From the NCBI GenBank assembly GCA_038227105.1, contig JBBRQB010000003.1:1054-65053 (forward strand): a stretch of 64,000 nt of DNA, given 5' to 3'. The notes under the pieces were generated by a model that saw only the letters and a list, made by a program, of their open reading frames with translations, was not told the origin of the DNA and made no database searches. A program made the position numbers and the translations under genes. Source of the DNA: Candidatus Limnocylindria bacterium (GTDB taxonomy: Bacteria; Chloroflexota; Limnocylindria; P2-11E). This document shows, one piece after another, positions 55,891 to 64,000 of this stretch. How positions within the stretch are numbered: position 1 is the first letter of the stretch; each line of letters begins with the position of its first letter.

Positions 55891-56700
55891 TCAACCAAAG
55901 AGGCCATCGAGAAGAGTGAGGAACAACGGGACGACGATGAGCAAGAGGAGCGCCGGGAGGTAGCACAGGACGAGGGTGAGCATCAGCTTTCCCTCGACCT
56001 TCGCCGCAGCCTCGAGCGAGCATGCACGGCGACGCGTGCGTGCTGCGTCGCGGGCGTCTCGTATCACGGAGAGCGAGCCTTGACCGAGATCCCGAGACCG
56101 TTCGAGATCGGCTGCGAGCACGGCGAGCTGATCCAGACCCTGCACCTGCGCTCGAATGCCCAAGGACTTGAACAGCGGAGCACCCAGCGCATAGGCATCG
56201 GCGGCACCGCGCATGGTCAGGTCCAGCAACGGAGATCCGCTCACCGTACGCGCGAGTGCCGACAGGGCTGTCTCGACAGGCCGGCCTGCCGCGGCCAGCG
56301 CTTCGAGGCGCTCGAACATGGTCACCATCGGCCGATCGGCCGCTCGCCGGCACGCCGCCGCCCGACGGCCGACGACCAACGATGGCAGCACGAACCCGCT
56401 GTACGCGCACAGGATCGCGGCGATCCCGCCCATCCCGAGGAAGGTGCCGGCGAGGCCGCCGGTCGCACCGCCGGCGAGCAAGCCGAGGATCTTCACGGCG
56501 ACGATCTCGGTCTGCGTGCAGCGGATGCCGGACTGCTCGAGGTCACGGTCGATCACCGGCCGCCAACGAGCACGAGATCGCGCTACCGGCCTTCCCGAAA
56601 GCAACAGTGCGAGGCGCTGCTCGATCTCCGGCTCCCGCCGCAACCCGACCATGGCGGCGCAGATCGCCACCGCGGCGCAGAGCGCACCGATCTGGATCAT
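55891..56700 (-). CDS. tadC: Flp pilus assembly inner-membrane protein TadC (T2SS-F domain)
   Basis: GspF-like helical domain between TM segments. Operon position. Confidence 0.75.
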   Translation of the reverse strand: MIQIGALCAAVAICAAMVGLRREPEIEQRLALLLSGRPVARSRARWRPVIDRDLEQSGIRCTQTEIVAVKILGLLAGGATGGLAGTFLGMGGIAAILCAYSGFVLPSLVVGRRAAACRRAADRPMVTMFERLEALAAAGRPVETALSALARTVSGSPLLDLTMRGAADAYALGAPLFKSLGIRAQVQGLDQLAVLAADLERSRDLGQGSLSVIRDARDAARTRRRACSLEAAAKVEGKLMLTLVLCYLPALLLLIVVPLFLTLLDGLFG

Positions 56701-57536
56701 GCCACGACGTTCCGAATGAGCTGGCGGCTGACGGCGATCCCCGCGACCTCGAGCACCACCGCGCCCGGCACCAGCACGGTCCTCCCCAGCGGGCTTCCGA
56801 GCGTTGCCGCGAGTCCCGGCATGGTGATGAAGAGATACAACGCGAGGACCGGCACGACCGCGGCGAGCATGTATATCTGGAACCGGATGCCGGCCGATCG
56901 CGCGCGAACCTCGCTCTCCACGCTCTCGTCGTACCGCACGAGCTCCGCGACCGCGTTCAGGAGTGCCGCAGCGCGCTCGACGGGCATGCGCTCCGAGACG
57001 CCGAGGGCAAGGGTCCGCATCGCATCCGCGACCCGCGGGTCCTGGGTATTGCTCGCCCCGAACGTGAGTGCGCTGTCCAGGGGATCTCCCAGATCGAATC
57101 GCGCCAGCGCGTCCTCGAACGGCCGCCGGGCGATCCGGTCATCGCACGCCGCCGCCGCGCGACGCAAGGCTTCCGGTAGCGCAAGACCGGATCGGAGTCC
57201 CGCATGCGTCGTCACGATCAAAGGTGCGAGTGCAGCGCGTGCGCGATCGCGGGCCGCTGCGGCACGCACACGAGCAGCGATGGATGGTGCGGCTGCAAGG
57301 ACACCAGCACCGGCGATGGCACTGCCCAAAGCGGATCCGACGATGGCCCCGAACACGATCGCCGCCGCGCGGCTGGCTTCCCACCGGCGGAGCGAGATGC
57401 GCATGCCCGCGTCACGGAGTGCCAACAGATCCGGATGCGTCGGTGCCGCGAGGCGCCACCGGGCGGCCATCGGAAGAAGCCCGGTCGCGACGATCGCGGC
57501 CGCGAGTCCCAACGCGCCGACGATACTGGCGCTCAA
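56697..57536 (-). CDS. tadB: Flp pilus assembly inner-membrane protein TadB (T2SS-F domain)
   Basis: TTG start overlapping the tadA TGA (TTGA). N-terminal TM followed by a T2SSF-like domain. Confidence 0.7.
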   Translation of the reverse strand: MSASIVGALGLAAAIVATGLLPMAARWRLAAPTHPDLLALRDAGMRISLRRWEASRAAAIVFGAIVGSALGSAIAGAGVLAAAPSIAARVRAAAARDRARAALAPLIVTTHAGLRSGLALPEALRRAAAACDDRIARRPFEDALARFDLGDPLDSALTFGASNTQDPRVADAMRTLALGVSERMPVERAAALLNAVAELVRYDESVESEVRARSAGIRFQIYMLAAVVPVLALYLFITMPGLAATLGSPLGRTVLVPGAVVLEVAGIAVSRQLIRNVVA

Positions 57537-58633
57537 CGATCCTCCCGCTGCCAGACGATCGTCGCCAGCTCGTCCTCGACGCGGGCGATCTCCCGGACGA
57601 CGCGCCGGCCGTCCGACCGGCGGTCGAGGTGCACCACGATGTCGACGGCGCGCGCGACGTGCCGCGTGATGGCCGCGGCCGAAAGCTCGCCGGCCCGCGC
57701 CAGCAGGAGCTCGAGGCGCCCGAGCGCATCGCGTGCGGAGCCGGCGTGCAACGTGGTGAGCGAGCCTGCGTGGCCCGTGCTCAGCGCCTCCAGCAGTGCC
57801 GACGCATCTCGCGGCGAGCGGACCTCGCCGACGATGATCCGGTCGGGTCGCATGCGGAGTGCATTGACGACGAGATCCGCAACCCCGATCCCACCATCTC
57901 TCGAGGGCACGCACTCGAGGTGCAGCGCGTGGTGGTGCGGGAGCACAAGCTCGGTCGTGTCCTCGATCACGATGATCCGCTCGTCGGCCGGTATCGCGGA
58001 GGCGAGCGATCGCAGCAACGTACTCTTGCCAGAGCCAGTCGCTCCGCTTACGAGGATGTTCCGGCGGCGCCGCACCGCGTCGATCAACATTGCCGCTGCC
58101 TCCCCGCTCAGCGCACCACCGGCGACCCAGGACGACGGGCCTGCGAGAGGCACCGAAAGCGGACGGAACTTTCGGATCGAAAGCGATGGCCCGCCGACGG
58201 GCTCGATCACCGCGTTCGCCCGTGAGCCGTCGCGCATCCTCGCGTCGACGAACGGATGCTCGATCGTGAGCTCGCGCCCGACACTGGCCGCGATCCGGTA
58301 GGCCAGGTCCGATAGCTCGGCCTGGTCGCGGAACGCGATCGCGACACGCTCCAGCCGGCCGTCGCGCTCCACGAATATCTGATCCGGTGCGTTCACCAGC
58401 ACATCGGTCACACGTGGGTCGTCGAGCAGCGGTTGCAGGCAGCCGAAACCGAACAGATCAGCGCACAGACGCTCGAGCTCCGGCTCCGCAAGGCGCGCGC
58501 CGGCCGCGGTGCGGACGCGCTCGCGGATGAGCCGCCGCCGCGCCGGGTCGGCGTACAGGGCGAGGAGGGTAGCCGGGTCGAGACCCGCCGCGACCTCGTT
58601 GCGCACGCGAGCGACGATCGCCGGGTCGATCAT
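57533..58633 (-). CDS. tadA: CpaF/TadA-family pilus assembly ATPase
   Basis: Walker A VSGATGSGKSTLL. Asp box IIVGEVR. His box TLHAGS. Confidence 0.9.
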   Translation of the reverse strand: MIDPAIVARVRNEVAAGLDPATLLALYADPARRRLIRERVRTAAGARLAEPELERLCADLFGFGCLQPLLDDPRVTDVLVNAPDQIFVERDGRLERVAIAFRDQAELSDLAYRIAASVGRELTIEHPFVDARMRDGSRANAVIEPVGGPSLSIRKFRPLSVPLAGPSSWVAGGALSGEAAAMLIDAVRRRRNILVSGATGSGKSTLLRSLASAIPADERIIVIEDTTELVLPHHHALHLECVPSRDGGIGVADLVVNALRMRPDRIIVGEVRSPRDASALLEALSTGHAGSLTTLHAGSARDALGRLELLLARAGELSAAAITRHVARAVDIVVHLDRRSDGRRVVREIARVEDELATIVWQREDR

Positions 58634-59397
58634 GTAAGCCGCCGGATGAGGGCATCGACGGACCGCACGGTCGGCGCGCGTGTCGCGAAGTCGTCCGCCG
58701 CGAGGAACGGATCGCGTGGGATCGACGCGAGGAGCTGCCACGGAAGTCTGCCGGCGATGCGCGACGCATCATCGTCGCTCGCGCCGACAACGACCGACCC
58801 GGCAACGCGTTGGCCTTCGAGGACGGTCGCCGAGCAAAAGGCCGCTTGCAGCAGTGCCACGGTCGGTCCGATGACGACACACAACCGGTCGACGATGCTC
58901 AGCACCGCGCTATCCAGCGCCTCGGCTCCCGTGCCGAGATCGAGGACGACCGGCCGTGTTTCCCGCAGCTGGTCGATGAGCTGGGCGATCCGCGGTCCAT
59001 CCCACGTTCGGTGGAGCTCCGGCGTACCCGGCAGGAAGGGAACGTCTCCCCAGCGGGACACCAGCTCGCCGACTTTTCCGGGACGCAGGAGGGCGTCGGC
59101 GACGGTGGCGCCGCCGCTGCGCGCACGCAGCGCCAGCGTCGGGACCCGTCGGTCCAGATCGACGAGCACGGCTGGCCGGCGGGCGGCCGCGGACCGGTGC
59201 GCCACGAGCGCGGACAACGTCGACGTGCCGGCGCCCGCGGACAGCGACCAGAACGCGACCACCTGTCGCTCGGGGAGCCCCGCGGGCCGCACGGGTGTCA
59301 GCGTTTCAAGCGGCTGTTCGTTGCCAGTCGCATCCCGCATCAATGCGAGGGCGAGCTGCGCGATCGGGGAGGCGTCGAGCAGTGCGCGCCAGCTCAT
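58630..59397 (-). CDS. tadZ: TadZ/CpaE-like ParA/MinD-family protein with a deviant Walker A
   Basis: VVAFWSLSAGAGTSTLSALVA in place of GGKGGVGKTT. ATGA overlaps on both sides. Confidence 0.6.
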   Translation of the reverse strand: MSWRALLDASPIAQLALALMRDATGNEQPLETLTPVRPAGLPERQVVAFWSLSAGAGTSTLSALVAHRSAAARRPAVLVDLDRRVPTLALRARSGGATVADALLRPGKVGELVSRWGDVPFLPGTPELHRTWDGPRIAQLIDQLRETRPVVLDLGTGAEALDSAVLSIVDRLCVVIGPTVALLQAAFCSATVLEGQRVAGSVVVGASDDDASRIAGRLPWQLLASIPRDPFLAADDFATRAPTVRSVDALIRRLT

Positions 59398-59945
59398 CCG
59401 TTGATCCAGCGGGTGAGAACGCCATCTGCTGCGTAGGCGTGCAGTGCCGATGGCGTCGCGGTCAGGTCGAACAGGACCGGCCGAAGTACGCGTCGCGAAG
59501 CACCGAGCGTCGAACGAGCGCACCACGCCGAACGATGGATCTCGAGAAGCGCATCGGTCTCGCGAAGAAGTCCCCGGCAGCGGGTGCGCCTCCGGCCACC
59601 CAGCGGCGATACGCCCATGAAGCGGCGGGTCAGGCGCGCCGTCGCATCGGACAGCGGCACGACCCGAACATCCAGGACATCGATCTCGTCCGGCCCGCTG
59701 AGCCGAGCGGGCGCCAGCCCGATCCCGATGGCGGCCACAAGACCGGTCGGTTCGGGCACGCCGCCATCGCGCGGCGCCGTACGGACCCCTCGCAACGCAA
59801 GCGCTCTGCGCACGGAAAGATCGTGACGGTCATCGACCGTCAGGCACACCGCACCGGCCCTCCGCCACAAACGGAACGTGCCGGCCACAGCACACGCGAG
59901 GTCAAGGTCCAGGTGGCCATCGGAGCCCAGCTGCAGCGTCGTCAC
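59394..59945 (-). CDS. Hypothetical protein embedded in the tad operon (translationally coupled to cpaB and tadZ)
   Basis: No motif recognised. Overlapping stop/start codons on both ends. Confidence 0.4.
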   Translation of the reverse strand: MTTLQLGSDGHLDLDLACAVAGTFRLWRRAGAVCLTVDDRHDLSVRRALALRGVRTAPRDGGVPEPTGLVAAIGIGLAPARLSGPDEIDVLDVRVVPLSDATARLTRRFMGVSPLGGRRRTRCRGLLRETDALLEIHRSAWCARSTLGASRRVLRPVLFDLTATPSALHAYAADGVLTRWING

Positions 59946-60592
59946 TCGTGCACCGGAATGAAGACGAGGACGAAGGTGCTCGTTGCGATCCGGTCGGCTA
60001 CCCGCAGCTCATCGCTCGGTGGGAGCGACACGACGACGCTCCCAAGCCGTTCGAGTGCCGCTGCGCCGGGGCGACTGGACGCACCCGGCTGCATCGGTCC
60101 GCCGTTCTCACCACGCACGTCCAGGACGGTCACGTTGGAGGCGATGAGCTCCGTGGTCCGCCCGGCCGGTGCGCGGCCGCTCACCGGAATGGCGATCACG
60201 TCGACGTGGGCGCCGGCAACGAGGGCGCCGCCGACCGCTTGTGACGCGGTCACGGGGATCGCGAGGGCTCGCTGACCAGCCGGCGGCATGAGGCCGCTGT
60301 GGAACGCCGCGGCACCCGCGCCAAGTGCCGGTGCGATCAAGATCTGACCCGGCCAGAGCGGCGCACGCGGCACTCGTCCGATTGCGTCATCGATCGACCG
60401 GACTGATCCAGGTGGAGCGACGTCGGGCGGGAGCTCGCGGACCTCAAGGTCGGCGGCGGCGATCGGACGATCGGCATCCAGGCCGTGCGCCGCGACGACG
60501 ACGCTCACCCGCTGCAAGCCCGAGTAGTAGATCCACCCAGCTATCGACCCGCAGATGAGGGCGAGGGCCAGCAGGCCGCGCTGTCCTATCAC
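59942..60592 (-). CDS. cpaB: Flp pilus assembly protein CpaB/RcpC (SAF domain)
   Basis: N-terminal TM LLALALICGSIAGWIYY. SAF-like VSVVVAAHGLDADRPIAAADL. C-terminal VGGALVAGAHVDVIA. Confidence 0.7.
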   Translation of the reverse strand: MIGQRGLLALALICGSIAGWIYYSGLQRVSVVVAAHGLDADRPIAAADLEVRELPPDVAPPGSVRSIDDAIGRVPRAPLWPGQILIAPALGAGAAAFHSGLMPPAGQRALAIPVTASQAVGGALVAGAHVDVIAIPVSGRAPAGRTTELIASNVTVLDVRGENGGPMQPGASSRPGAAALERLGSVVVSLPPSDELRVADRIATSTFVLVFIPVHE

Positions 60593-61494
60593 TCGACGAG
60601 ACCTGGCGCGCGCACGCTGACGCGGATGGTGAGATCACGGGCGATGCCGTCGACGAATTCGAGCGTGAACGTCGTGACCCACACGCTCCCGGTCGGTGGC
60701 AGGCGATCCCAGCGGGCGACGAATCGTTGCGAGGCGTCGCCGCCGGCCGGCCCGAGGAGGACGGTCTCTCCACCGGTGAATCGCCAGCGAACGACCCCCG
60801 GATCGGCGAACGAGATCGCGATGCGCCTCCCGCGCAGGACTTCCATGGCACGGTCGGGCAGCGGGCCGGGCGCCGGCCGCCTGGGAGCGACCGGCTCCGA
60901 TGTCTCACGGGCCGAGGGAGGACCGGTCCGATCCGCCGGCAGATCGATCACAGGGGTGACCGCTCCCTTCGGCGCGGCCGACGCCGCTGCAGGTGCGGCA
61001 CGCTCGGTACGCGCCGGTTCGACGACGGGCGTGCTCCCCTGGCTCGCGCGCGCGATCTCGAGATCGTCCTGGAAGAAGACGACGCTCACTGGAATGAAGC
61101 CCGCCTCGGTGCGGATGTAGTTCTCGTAGTACGTGCCCGCGACGGATCGACCATCGGCCATCGCGGCTCGCCCGTTGAAGGCCGCACCGTCGAAGTCGCT
61201 GCGGCTGCCTGTCACGACGGTCTCGAGGACCCGGGCGTATGAGCCGGTGGTCTCGTGGACGGTCTCGGTCGAGTAGACGGTGGCTGGGCCGCTCCGGGTG
61301 ACGACATCGTCGACGTATGTCTCGGTCACCAGGTAGATCCCGGCAGGAGGCTCGATCGGCTCGGGCGTGGACCACTGGACCGGAGGTTCAGGTTCCGGGT
61401 ACCACTCCTCCCCGTCCGGATCCCAGGCACGTGCGGGCGACGACGTGCCAAGGATCGCGAGGATCGAAACGACGGCGACCAGTGAACGTTTCAA
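60589..61494 (-). CDS. Secreted hypothetical protein (signal peptide, Pro/Glu-rich N-terminus) within the tad operon
   Basis: MKRSLVAVVSILAILGTSSPARA signal. No known domain. Confidence 0.5.
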   Translation of the reverse strand: MKRSLVAVVSILAILGTSSPARAWDPDGEEWYPEPEPPVQWSTPEPIEPPAGIYLVTETYVDDVVTRSGPATVYSTETVHETTGSYARVLETVVTGSRSDFDGAAFNGRAAMADGRSVAGTYYENYIRTEAGFIPVSVVFFQDDLEIARASQGSTPVVEPARTERAAPAAASAAPKGAVTPVIDLPADRTGPPSARETSEPVAPRRPAPGPLPDRAMEVLRGRRIAISFADPGVVRWRFTGGETVLLGPAGGDASQRFVARWDRLPPTGSVWVTTFTLEFVDGIARDLTIRVSVRAPGLVE

Positions 61495-61910
61495 CGAGCG
61501 CCTCCAGCGGTCTTGATCGCGATATCAGTGACGGGATGAAGGAACAGGGCACCGAACACCGGTGTGCGCACCGGGACCGTCGCCGAGATGCGCACGGTCG
61601 GTAAATCTGGATCGACGCGCACCGAGGCGTTCGCGGCGATCGCGGACGGACTGATCGCGAGCGCCGCAGCGACGCTCTCGAGGTTGTCGGCGAACACCGA
61701 GCGCGCGATCGCTGACGCATCGGACGCGAGCTGCAATCGCCCGGTGCGGGCAAGCTCGGCGTCGTCCTGATCGTTCACCGCGACGAGCACGGCGAGATCC
61801 GCGGCCGAGTGCACACGTGCTTCGACGATCCGAAGGGCCCCGAGCTCGAGCGCGCTTGCCAGGATGACCAGCAGGACCGGCAGCAGACCGATCGTCGTGA
61901 TCGCCGTCAT
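61491..61910 (-). CDS. TadE/TadG-like pseudopilin candidate
   Basis: N-terminal hydrophobic segment with Glu (LLPVLLVILASALELG). ATGA overlap with the upstream tadE-like gene. Confidence 0.5.
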   Translation of the reverse strand: MTAITTIGLLPVLLVILASALELGALRIVEARVHSAADLAVLVAVNDQDDAELARTGRLQLASDASAIARSVFADNLESVAAALAISPSAIAANASVRVDPDLPTVRISATVPVRTPVFGALFLHPVTDIAIKTAGGAR

Positions 61911-62293
61911 CGGTCGAGCTCGCCTCGCACCACCGCCGTCGTGCGGAGGGGAATGTCGGCGCCGAAAAGAAAGGGGATCTGGATGGACGCGGTGCTGCGA
62001 ACGGTGACGGTCAACGGCTGCCGCCATCCGACGCGCGATGGCGCGATGTCGAGGATGGCATCGGCTGCCGAAGCGCCGGTCGAACGAAGGGTGTCGGCGA
62101 ACAGTGCGCGCACCTCGGGCGTATCGCCGCCGACCTCGGCGGCGTAGCGAGCGACTTGAATGGTCGCGCTCTCCTGCGCGAGCCAACGCTGGAACAGGCC
62201 GCCGAACTCGATGATCGAGAACAGCATCGGCACGAGCATGGTGACCATGAGCACCGTCTCGAGGGTCGCGAGCCCGCGGTCGTCTCGAACCAC
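61907..62293 (-). CDS. TadE-like pseudopilin
   Basis: DRGLATLETVLMVTMLVPMLFSIIEFG. GTG start 2 nt after the flp stop. Confidence 0.65.
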   Translation of the reverse strand: MVRDDRGLATLETVLMVTMLVPMLFSIIEFGGLFQRWLAQESATIQVARYAAEVGGDTPEVRALFADTLRSTGASAADAILDIAPSRVGWRQPLTVTVRSTASIQIPFLFGADIPLRTTAVVRGELDR

Positions 62294-62295
62294 GC

Positions 62296-62466
62296 TTAGC
62301 GGACCGCACCCATCTGCGTGACGAGGCTCTGCAGGCGCACGACGAGACCGTTGTTCCACGCTTGGACACCCACAACGAGCGTGCCCAGGACCACCGCCGC
62401 GCCGATGATGTACTCGATCGTTGCCAGGCCCTCTTCTCGGACAGCGAACCGCCTGATGCGTGTCAC
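62296..62466 (-). CDS. flp: Flp-family type IVb pilin
   Basis: VTRIRRFAVREEG|LATIEYIIGAAVVLG matches the Flp motif (G/xxxxEY). 56 aa. GTG start with an AAGGAGGTG RBS 4 nt upstream. Confidence 0.8.
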   Translation of the reverse strand: MTRIRRFAVREEGLATIEYIIGAAVVLGTLVVGVQAWNNGLVVRLQSLVTQMGAVR

Positions 62467-62517
62467 GCGACACCTCCTTGAGGAGCGGAGGGTGCGTGCC
62501 GGCGCGTACTCGCCGCG

Positions 62518-62793
62518 ATGGGACGTCCGACCAGTACCTCCGTACCGCGACCGGGCCCTGCGGCTAGTCTTCCCGCCGTGGACGGCGTCCTGTATCCACT
62601 CGGCATCCTCGCGGCCCTCGTCCTCGGGGCCTTCGGTCTCGGCACCCGGCTGCCCCTCGCGCATGTGGCAACACGCACGAGGCGGCTTCTGGCACGGCCC
62701 GGGATCATCAGGGGCCTCATCAACGACCCGGTCGCGACGAAGGGCTGGGGCGGCGACACGAAGACCGAGGTCGTCGAGCGCGCGATCACCTGA
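62518..62793 (+). CDS. Small single-TM hypothetical protein
   Basis: TM VLYPLGILAALVLGAFGL. TGATG overlap with the downstream DinB_2 gene. Confidence 0.4.
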   Translation: MGRPTSTSVPRPGPAASLPAVDGVLYPLGILAALVLGAFGLGTRLPLAHVATRTRRLLARPGIIRGLINDPVATKGWGGDTKTEVVERAIT

Positions 62794-63245
62794 TGAGCAG
62801 GGCCGACTTTCTCGCCGGCGTGCGGGCCGCACGCGCCGAGCTCCTCGAGATCATCGGGCGCTCAGACGAGCGGACCCTCGCGACCGCCACGGTCCCCGGA
62901 ATGGACTGGACCGCGAAGGACGTGCTCTCCCACCTCATCGGGTACGACCTCGCGATCCTCCAGGCGGCCAAGGACGTCCGCGAGGGCCGTCCGTTCAGCT
63001 GGCCATGGGCGTCGTCGACGTTCGACGTCGTGAACGCCGGGACTGTCGGCGCGCGCCGGTCGCGGCCGCTCGCAGCGGTCCTCGGGGAGCTGGAGACGAC
63101 GCGCGCCGCGCTCCTCCGCGAGCTCGAGGGCTGGCCCGACGACATGGGTCCATTCGGTCCGGATTCCTGGGATCTGAACACGAGCGAGATCAGCTGGCTC
63201 ACGCCGCACGAGCGCGAGCACGCGGAGATGCTCGCCAAGCTCTAG
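62793..63245 (+). CDS. DinB_2 / DinB-YfiT-like metal-dependent four-helix-bundle protein
   Basis: WTAKDVLSHL...HEREHAEML His triad-type motifs. Confidence 0.65.
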   Translation: MSRADFLAGVRAARAELLEIIGRSDERTLATATVPGMDWTAKDVLSHLIGYDLAILQAAKDVREGRPFSWPWASSTFDVVNAGTVGARRSRPLAAVLGELETTRAALLRELEGWPDDMGPFGPDSWDLNTSEISWLTPHEREHAEMLAKL

Positions 63246-63520
63246 GTCAGGAAGACGACCCCGGCGAGGATCGCGACGACGAGCCCGACCTGCAGCGCAA
63301 GTACCGCGAGGGCGGCCCGCGGTGAGCGCGGCAGCCAGGTGAACGCGAAGATCGCGATGAGCACGAGCTCCAGCGGTATGAGGATCTGGAAGAGGTGCGC
63401 CGCCGTCCCCTCATCCGGCTGGCGCAGGCCGACCGTCACGGCCTCCTGGATCCCGAACGCGACGATGACGAGCGACACAAGGATCGGCAGGAACGCGGTC
63501 GGATGCCGGAGCAGGCTCAC
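63242..63520 (-). CDS. Small membrane protein (3 TM)
   Basis: GTG start overlapping the upstream DinB_2 stop (GTGA). Hydrophobic throughout. Confidence 0.4.
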   Translation of the reverse strand: MSLLRHPTAFLPILVSLVIVAFGIQEAVTVGLRQPDEGTAAHLFQILIPLELVLIAIFAFTWLPRSPRAALAVLALQVGLVVAILAGVVFLT

Positions 63521-63981
63521 GGTCGCAGGCCTCGCAGCTGGCTCGCCAGGCGCTCGAGCTGCTTCAGGTGCGGACACTCGTGGCGCGCCAGCCACTGCGC
63601 GTAGAACAGCACGGAGCGGTCGAGCGCCGCTCCCGCTCCGGTCACCGTCGCGGAACGCGACCAGCCCCTTCGCGGCAACGGCTCCAGGAGCTTCAGCAGC
63701 CGAGCGCGCTGCCTCGTGAACGCGCGGAACGAGGTCCTGAAGTCCAGCTCGACGTAGTCCGTCTCGAGCATCCAGGCGCGCGGATCGATCGCCCGGAACG
63801 TCGGCCGGTCCTTGTTGACGATGGTGAAGATCGCGGCGTCGCCACGGACGTCGGCGCAGGCGCGGACGTGCGCGAGCACCTCGACGGCGGACCAGGCGTC
63901 GCGCGCGGGTCGCTTGCGCAGCTGCGCGGGCGTGAGCGCCGCGGTCGCAGCGGCGATGCGCTTCGGCGCCGATGCGAGCAT
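63517..63981 (-). CDS. DinB_2-family protein
   Basis: WSAVEVLAHV...YAQWLARHECPHL motifs. Confidence 0.6.
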   Translation of the reverse strand: MLASAPKRIAAATAALTPAQLRKRPARDAWSAVEVLAHVRACADVRGDAAIFTIVNKDRPTFRAIDPRAWMLETDYVELDFRTSFRAFTRQRARLLKLLEPLPRRGWSRSATVTGAGAALDRSVLFYAQWLARHECPHLKQLERLASQLRGLRP

Positions 63982-64000
63982 CGGGAGCGTTTCCTCGATG

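Noticed and set aside
62467-62517. Sigma-54 -24/-12 promoter upstream of flp (cGGCACGcacccTCCGC)
   Set aside because: GG-to-GC spacing is 12 nt rather than 10, and the -12 TTGC element is absent.
1-64000. tRNA/rRNA genes, CRISPR arrays, integrases/transposases, prophage remnants
   Set aside because: No T-loop GGTTCGA-type motifs in intergenic DNA. No direct-repeat/spacer periodicity. No recombinase-like ORFs. The region looks like core chromosome.

Overview
This is a 64-kb, roughly 70% GC, gene-dense chromosomal window from a high-GC, Gram-positive-like bacterium. The gene repertoire (arg operon order, short Rv2747-type ArgA, PBP-lipoprotein, secretin-less Tad locus) points to Actinomycetota, possibly a Thermoleophilia/Rubrobacteria-like lineage. 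A sigma-54 gene is present, which is unusual for that group. Almost all coding is supported by recognisable protein motifs. I found no rRNA, tRNA, CRISPR array or mobile element. Non-ATG starts (GTG/TTG) and 1-4 nt stop/start overlaps (ATGA/GTGA/TTGA) are pervasive.

Main content, from start to end:
- a zinc-ribbon/class III nucleotide cyclase/STAND-ATPase/TPR giant protein
- serS
- a GT4 glycosyltransferase + SAM methyltransferase (interrupted by an in-frame TGA) + GH57 trio that resembles the mycobacterial methylglucose-lipopolysaccharide (MGLP) cluster
- a class I LysRS homolog with a degenerate HIGH motif
- greA, a MutY-like glycosylase, an M16 peptidase pair, a PBP lipoprotein and GGT
- the arginine operon argC-argJ-argB-argR-argG-argH plus a short-form argA, lacking argD and argF
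- a pxpABC 5-oxoprolinase operon and a K+-independent H+-pyrophosphatase
- rpoN, divergently abutting a three-gene antiporter-like module (NuoL-, NuoJ/K- and NuoN-like) that has lost the conserved proton-path Lys/Glu residues
- ndk, a third M16 peptidase and hemB
- a catabolic/peptide-uptake cluster: aminotransferase, 2-hydroxyacid dehydrogenase, DUF554 protein, threonine aldolase, and an ABC permease pair plus binding protein with no ATPase genes
- a 14-kb secretin-less Tad/Flp pilus locus split into two pseudopilin blocks. It is interrupted by an island of DUF885, YkgJ, cupredoxin and mobAB genes and carries a TatA fused to a zinc ribbon
- a DinB_2 pair with small membrane proteins at the window end

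The most system-like novelties are the degenerate antiporter-like trio beside rpoN, the Tad locus with embedded unknown proteins, and the MGLP-like trio with a nonsense-interrupted methyltransferase.
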